A stretch of 64,000 nucleotides of DNA, taken from NCBI GenBank assembly GCA_964016885.1, contig OZ024757.1, positions 10,664,001 through 10,728,000 on the forward strand. Direction: 5' to 3'. Positions 60,701 to 64,000 of this stretch are shown piece after piece. The notes below the pieces were generated by a model. It was not told where the DNA came from and searched no databases. It saw nothing but the letters and a program-made list of their open reading frames with translations. Numbering within the stretch: position 1 is the stretch's first letter; each line of letters begins with the position of its first letter. Position numbers and translations under genes: made by a program. Source of the stretch: Eledone cirrhosa. Its lineage: Eukaryota.

Positions 60701-63700
60701 GTGTTGATGATGGTGGCGGTGGTGGTAGTGTTGATGGCGGTGGCGGTGGTGGTAGTGTTGATGGTGATGGCGGTGGTGGTAGTGTTGATGGTGGTGGCGG
60801 TGGTGGTGGTAGTGTTGATGGTGGTGGCGGTGGTGGTAGAGTTGATGGTGATGGCGGTGGTGGTAGTGTTGATGGTGGTGGTGCTAGTGTTGATGATGGT
60901 GGCGGTGGTGGTAGTGTTGATGGCGGTGGCGGTGGTGGTAGTGTTGATGGTGATGGCGGTGGTGGTAGTGTTGATGGTGGTGGCGGTGGTGGTGGTAGTG
61001 TTGATGGTGGTGGCGGTGGTGGTAGAGTTGATGGTGATGGCGGTGGTGGTAGTGTTGATGGTGGTGGCGGTGGTGGTAGTGTTGATGGTGGTGGCGGTGG
61101 TGGTGGTAGTGTTGATGGTGGTGGCGATGGTGGTAGTGTTGATGGTGGTGGCGGTGGTGGTAGTGTTGATCGTGGCGGTGGTGGTGGCAGTGTTGATGGT
61201 GGTGGCGGTGGTGATGGGAGTGTTGATGGTGGTGGCGGTGGTGGTAGTGTTGATGGTGGTGGCGGTGGTGGTAGTATTGATGATGATGGCGGTGGTGGTG
61301 GAAGTATTGATGGTGGTGGCGGTGGTGGTAGTGTTGATGGTGGTGGCGGTGGTGCTGGTAGTGTTGATGGTGGTGACTGTGGTGGTGGTAGTGTTGATGG
61401 TGGTCGCGATGGTGGTAGTGTTGATGGTGGTGGCGGTGGTGGTAGTGTTGATCGTGGTGGTGGTGGTGGCAGTGTTGATGGTGGTGGCGGTGGTGATGGT
61501 AGTGTTGATGGTGGTGGCGGTGGTGGTGGTAGTGTTGATGGTGGTAGTGTTGATGGTGGTGGCGGTGGTGGTAGTATTGATGATGGTGGCGGTGGTGGTG
61601 GTAGTATTGATCGTGGTGGTGGTGGTGGCAGTGTTGATGGTGGTGGCGGTGGTGATGGTAGTGTTGATGGTGGTGGCGGTGGTGGTGGTAGTGTTGAGGG
61701 TGGTGGCGGTGGTGGTAGTATTGATGATGGTGGCGGTGGTGGTGGTATTTTTGATGGTGGTGGCGGTGGTGGTAGTGTTGATGGTGGTGGCGGTGGTGCT
61801 AGTAGTGTTGAGGGTGGTGACTGTGGTGGTGGTAGTGTTGATGGTGGTGGCGGTGGTGGTAGTGTTCATGGTGGTGGCGGTGGTGGTAGTGTTGATGGTG
61901 GTGGTGCTAGTGTTGATGATGGTGGCGGTGGTGGTAGTGTTGATGGCGGTGGCGGTGGTGGTAGTGTTGATGGTGATGGCGGTGGTGGTAGTGTTGATGG
62001 TGGAGGTGGTGGTGGTAGTGTTGATGGTGGTGGCGGTGGTGGTGGTAGTGTTGATGGTGGTGGCGCTGGTGGTAGTGTTGATGGTGGTGGCGGTGGTGGT
62101 AGTGTTGATGGTGGTGGCGGTGGTGGTAGTGTTGATGGTGGTGGTGGCGGTGGTGGTAGTGTTGATGGTGGTGGCGGTGGTGGTGGTAGTGTTGATGGTG
62201 GTGGCGGTGGTGGTAGAGTTGATGGTGATGGCGGTGGTTGTAGTGTTGATGGTGGTGGCGGTGGTGGTAGTGTTGATGGTGGTGGCGGTGGTAGTAGTGT
62301 TGAGTGTGGTGGTGGTGTTGGTGGTAGTGTTGATGGTGGTGGCGGTGGTGGTGGTAGTGTTGATGGTGGTGGCGGTGGTGGTAGAGTTGATGGTGATGGT
62401 GGTGGTGGTAGTGTTGATGGTGGTGGCGGTGGTGGTAGTGTTGATGGTGGTGGCAGTGGTGGTAGTGTTGATGGTGCTGGAGGTGTTGGTGGTAGTGTTG
62501 ATGGTGGTGGCGGTGGTGGTGGTAGTGTTGATGGTGGTGGCGGTGGTGGTAGTGTTGATGGTGGTGGCGGTGGTGGTAGTGTTGATCGTGGTGGTGGTGG
62601 TGGCAGTGTTGATGGTGGTGGCGGTGGTGATGGTAGTGTTGATGGTGGTGGCGGTGGCGGTGGTAGTGTTGTTGGTGGTGGCGGTGGTGGTAGTATTGAT
62701 GGTGGTGGCGGTGGTGGTAGTATTGATGATGGTGGCGGTGGTGGTGGTAGTATTGATGGTGGTGGCGGTGGTGGTAGTGTTGATGGCGGTGGTGCTGGTA
62801 GTGTTGATGGTGGTGACTGTGGTGGTGGTAGTGTTGATGGTGGTGGCGGTGGTGGTAGTGTTGATGGTGGTGGTGGTAGTGTTGATGGTGGTGGCGGTGG
62901 TGGTAGTGTTGATGGCGGTGGCGGTGGTGGTAGTGTTGAGTGTGGTGGAGGTGTTGGTGGTAGTGTTCATGGTGGTGGCGGTGGTGGTGGTAGTGTTTCT
63001 GGTGGTGGCGGTGGTGGTAGAGTTGATGGTGATGGTGGTGGTGGTAGTGTTGATGGTGGTGGCGGTGGTGGTAGTGTTGATGGTGGTGGCGGTGGTGGTA
63101 GTGTTGATGGTGCTGGAGGTGTTGGTGGTAGTGTTGATGGTGGTGGCGGTGGTGGTGGTAGTGTTGATGGTGGTGGCGGTGGTGGTAGTGTTGATGGTGG
63201 TGGCGGTGGTGGTGGTGGTGGCAGTGTTGATGGTGGTGGCGGTGGTGATGGTAGTTTTGATGGTGGTGGCGGTGGTGGTGGTAGTGTTGTTGGTGGTGGC
63301 GGTGGTGGTAGTGTTGATGGTGGTGGCGGTGGTGGTAGTATTGATGATGGTGGCGGTGGTGGTGGTAGTGTTGATGGTGGTGGCGGTGGTGGTACTGTTG
63401 ATGGTGGTGGAGGTGGTGGTGGTAGTGTTGATGGTGGTGGCGGTGGTGGTGGTAGTGTTGATGGTGGTGGCGGTGGTGGTAGAGTTGATGGTGATGGCGG
63501 TGGTGGTAGTGTTGATGGTGGAGGTGGTGGTGGTAGTGTTGATGGTGGTGGCGGTGGTGGTGGTAGTGTTGATGGTGGTGGCGGTGGTGGTAGAGTTGAT
63601 GGTGATGGCGGTGGTGGTAGTGTTGATGGTGGTGGCGGTGGAGGTAGTGTTGATGGTGGTGGCGGTGGTGGTAGGTTTGAGTATGGTGGAGGTGTTGGTG

Positions 63701-63999
63701 GTAGTGTTGATGGTGGTCGCGGTGGTGGTGGTAGTGTTGATGGTGGTGGCGGTGGTGGTAGAGTTGATGGTGATAGTGGTGGTGGTAGTGTTGATGGTGG
63801 TGGCGGTGGTGGTAGTGTTGATGGTGGTGGCGGTGGTGGTAGTGTTGATGGTGGTGGCGGTGGTGGTAGTGTTGAGTATGGTGGAGGTGTTGGTGGTAGT
63901 GTTGATGGTGGTGGCGGTGGTGGTGGTAGTGTTGATGGTGGTGGCGGTGGTGGTAGTGTTGATGGTGGTGGCGGTGGTGGTAGTGTTGATGGTGGTGGC
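27781..63999 (-). CDS. Candidate partial giant Thr-rich mucin-like repeat ORF, (INTTTTATT)n, open at the right window edge; ~12,070 codons without stop or frameshift
   Basis: The supplied ORF 27637..62970(-) reads in the Thr frame until the phase shift near 27780, and the same phase continues to 63999. The ATG at 62970 is only a recurrent repeat variant (GTTCAT), not a credible start. No signal peptide, globular domain or splice site is visible. Consensus codons are all at least two substitutions from a stop, so openness alone is weak evidence of coding. Confidence 0.35.
36010..36385. repeat. 186-bp tandem doublet, itself copied at 40699/40885, 44221/44407, 48832/49018 and 60697/60883
   Basis: GCTAGTGTTGATGAT at 36019 and 36205, with the same 186-bp spacing at the four other sites. 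Confidence 0.85.
36490..49650. repeat. ~8.1-8.6 kb higher-order duplication (~36.5-41.5 kb recurs at ~45.1-49.65 kb)
   Basis: ATTTTTGAT 37099/45718 (offset 8619); AGGGTTGAGTAT 38995/47125 (8130); AATGATGAT 40378/48481 (8103). Confidence 0.8.
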
Positions 64000-64000
64000 G

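Larger units (their letters stand above)
27781..63999 (+). other. Antiparallel stop-free Gly-rich frame (SVDGGGGGG)n in the same codon phase as the minus-strand Thr frame; alternative coding candidate
   Basis: Codons GGT/GGC/GGA/AGT/GTT/GAT dominate and I saw no stop codon. It is absent from the ORF track here, probably because it has no start codon. The same reading appears in the track within ORFs 6221..14425, 10371..18266 and 14416..26634. Confidence 0.15.
1..64000. repeat. Giant GGT/ACC-derived minisatellite array; consensus GGTAGTGTTGATGGTGGTGGCGGTGGT (27 bp, often 30 bp with one extra GGT); extends past both window edges
   Basis: Seen directly: the anchor AGTGTTGAT (or near variants AGAGTTGAT, ACTGTTGAT, AGTATTGAT, AGTGTTGAG, AGTGTTCAT) recurs every ~18-36 bp, separated by GGT runs that usually contain one GGC. 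No unique sequence anywhere. Confidence 0.99.
23090..64000. repeat. Long-range colinear duplication: ~23.1-39.3 kb recurs at ~49.3-64.0 kb (offset drifting 26.2 to 24.6 kb)
   Basis: ATTTTTGAT 23736/49963; GTAGG 26631/52867; GAAGG 26682/52918; AATGATGAT 29491/54727; AGAGTTCAT 30115/55048; GGTTCTGGC 31357/56257; GACTGTCGT 31684/56584; AGTGCTGAT 32986/57730; AATGATGAT 35833/60511; GTTTCT 38320/62998. Confidence 0.88.

Noticed and set aside
4317-62072. Chi sites (GCTGGTGG at ~4317, 16311, 24054, 37387, 46036, 50281, 62065; GNTGGTGG in nearly every unit)
   Set aside because: These are expected single-base variants of GGT runs, and nothing in the window indicates a bacterial RecBCD context.
1-64000. 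CRISPR array (period of ~27-30 bp)
   Set aside because: No unique spacers, no palindromic repeat, no leader or cas genes; units are directly adjacent.
1-64000. Telomerase-synthesised telomeric repeat
   Set aside because: Point variants are inherited in kb-scale ordered blocks, which indicates DNA duplication rather than repeated copying of one RNA template. The unit matches no telomere motif I recognise.
1-64000. Multiple-of-3 indels as proof of coding constraint
   Set aside because: GGT slippage and whole-unit gain or loss automatically give multiples of 3 in a triplet-based array.
1-64000. Pure base-caller noise or random low-complexity artefact
   Set aside because: Identical rare variants recur in the same order at exact offsets (4045, 3306, 5002, 24900 bp), which random noise would not produce. 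Copy number and order could still be mis-assembled.

Overview
The whole 64 kb window is one uninterrupted, strongly strand-asymmetric (G/T-rich on +) tandem array with no unique sequence. The basic unit is (GGT)n-AGT-GTT-GAT-GGT-GGT-GGC, usually 27 or 30 bp, roughly 2,200-2,300 copies estimated from length. I see no ordinary genes, RNA genes, CRISPR spacers or mobile elements. Most ORFs in the supplied track are alternative readings of the same repeat. Only one codon phase is stop-free: on the minus strand it reads (INTTTTATT)n, a Thr-rich mucin-like chain with an N-X-T/S sequon in almost every unit, and on the plus strand (SVDGGGGGG)n. This phase runs unbroken from 27781 to the window end (about 12,070 codons). 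It is shifted at 7 sites, representing 5 independent events, all between about 4.4 and 27.8 kb. Rare variant units reveal nested higher-order duplications at about 0.19, 0.94, 3.3, 4.0, 5.0, 8.1-8.6 and 25-26 kb. The window alone cannot decide between a giant repeat exon (best coding candidate: the minus-strand Thr/Asn glycoprotein), a non-coding satellite, or a partly mis-assembled repeat. The organism cannot be identified.
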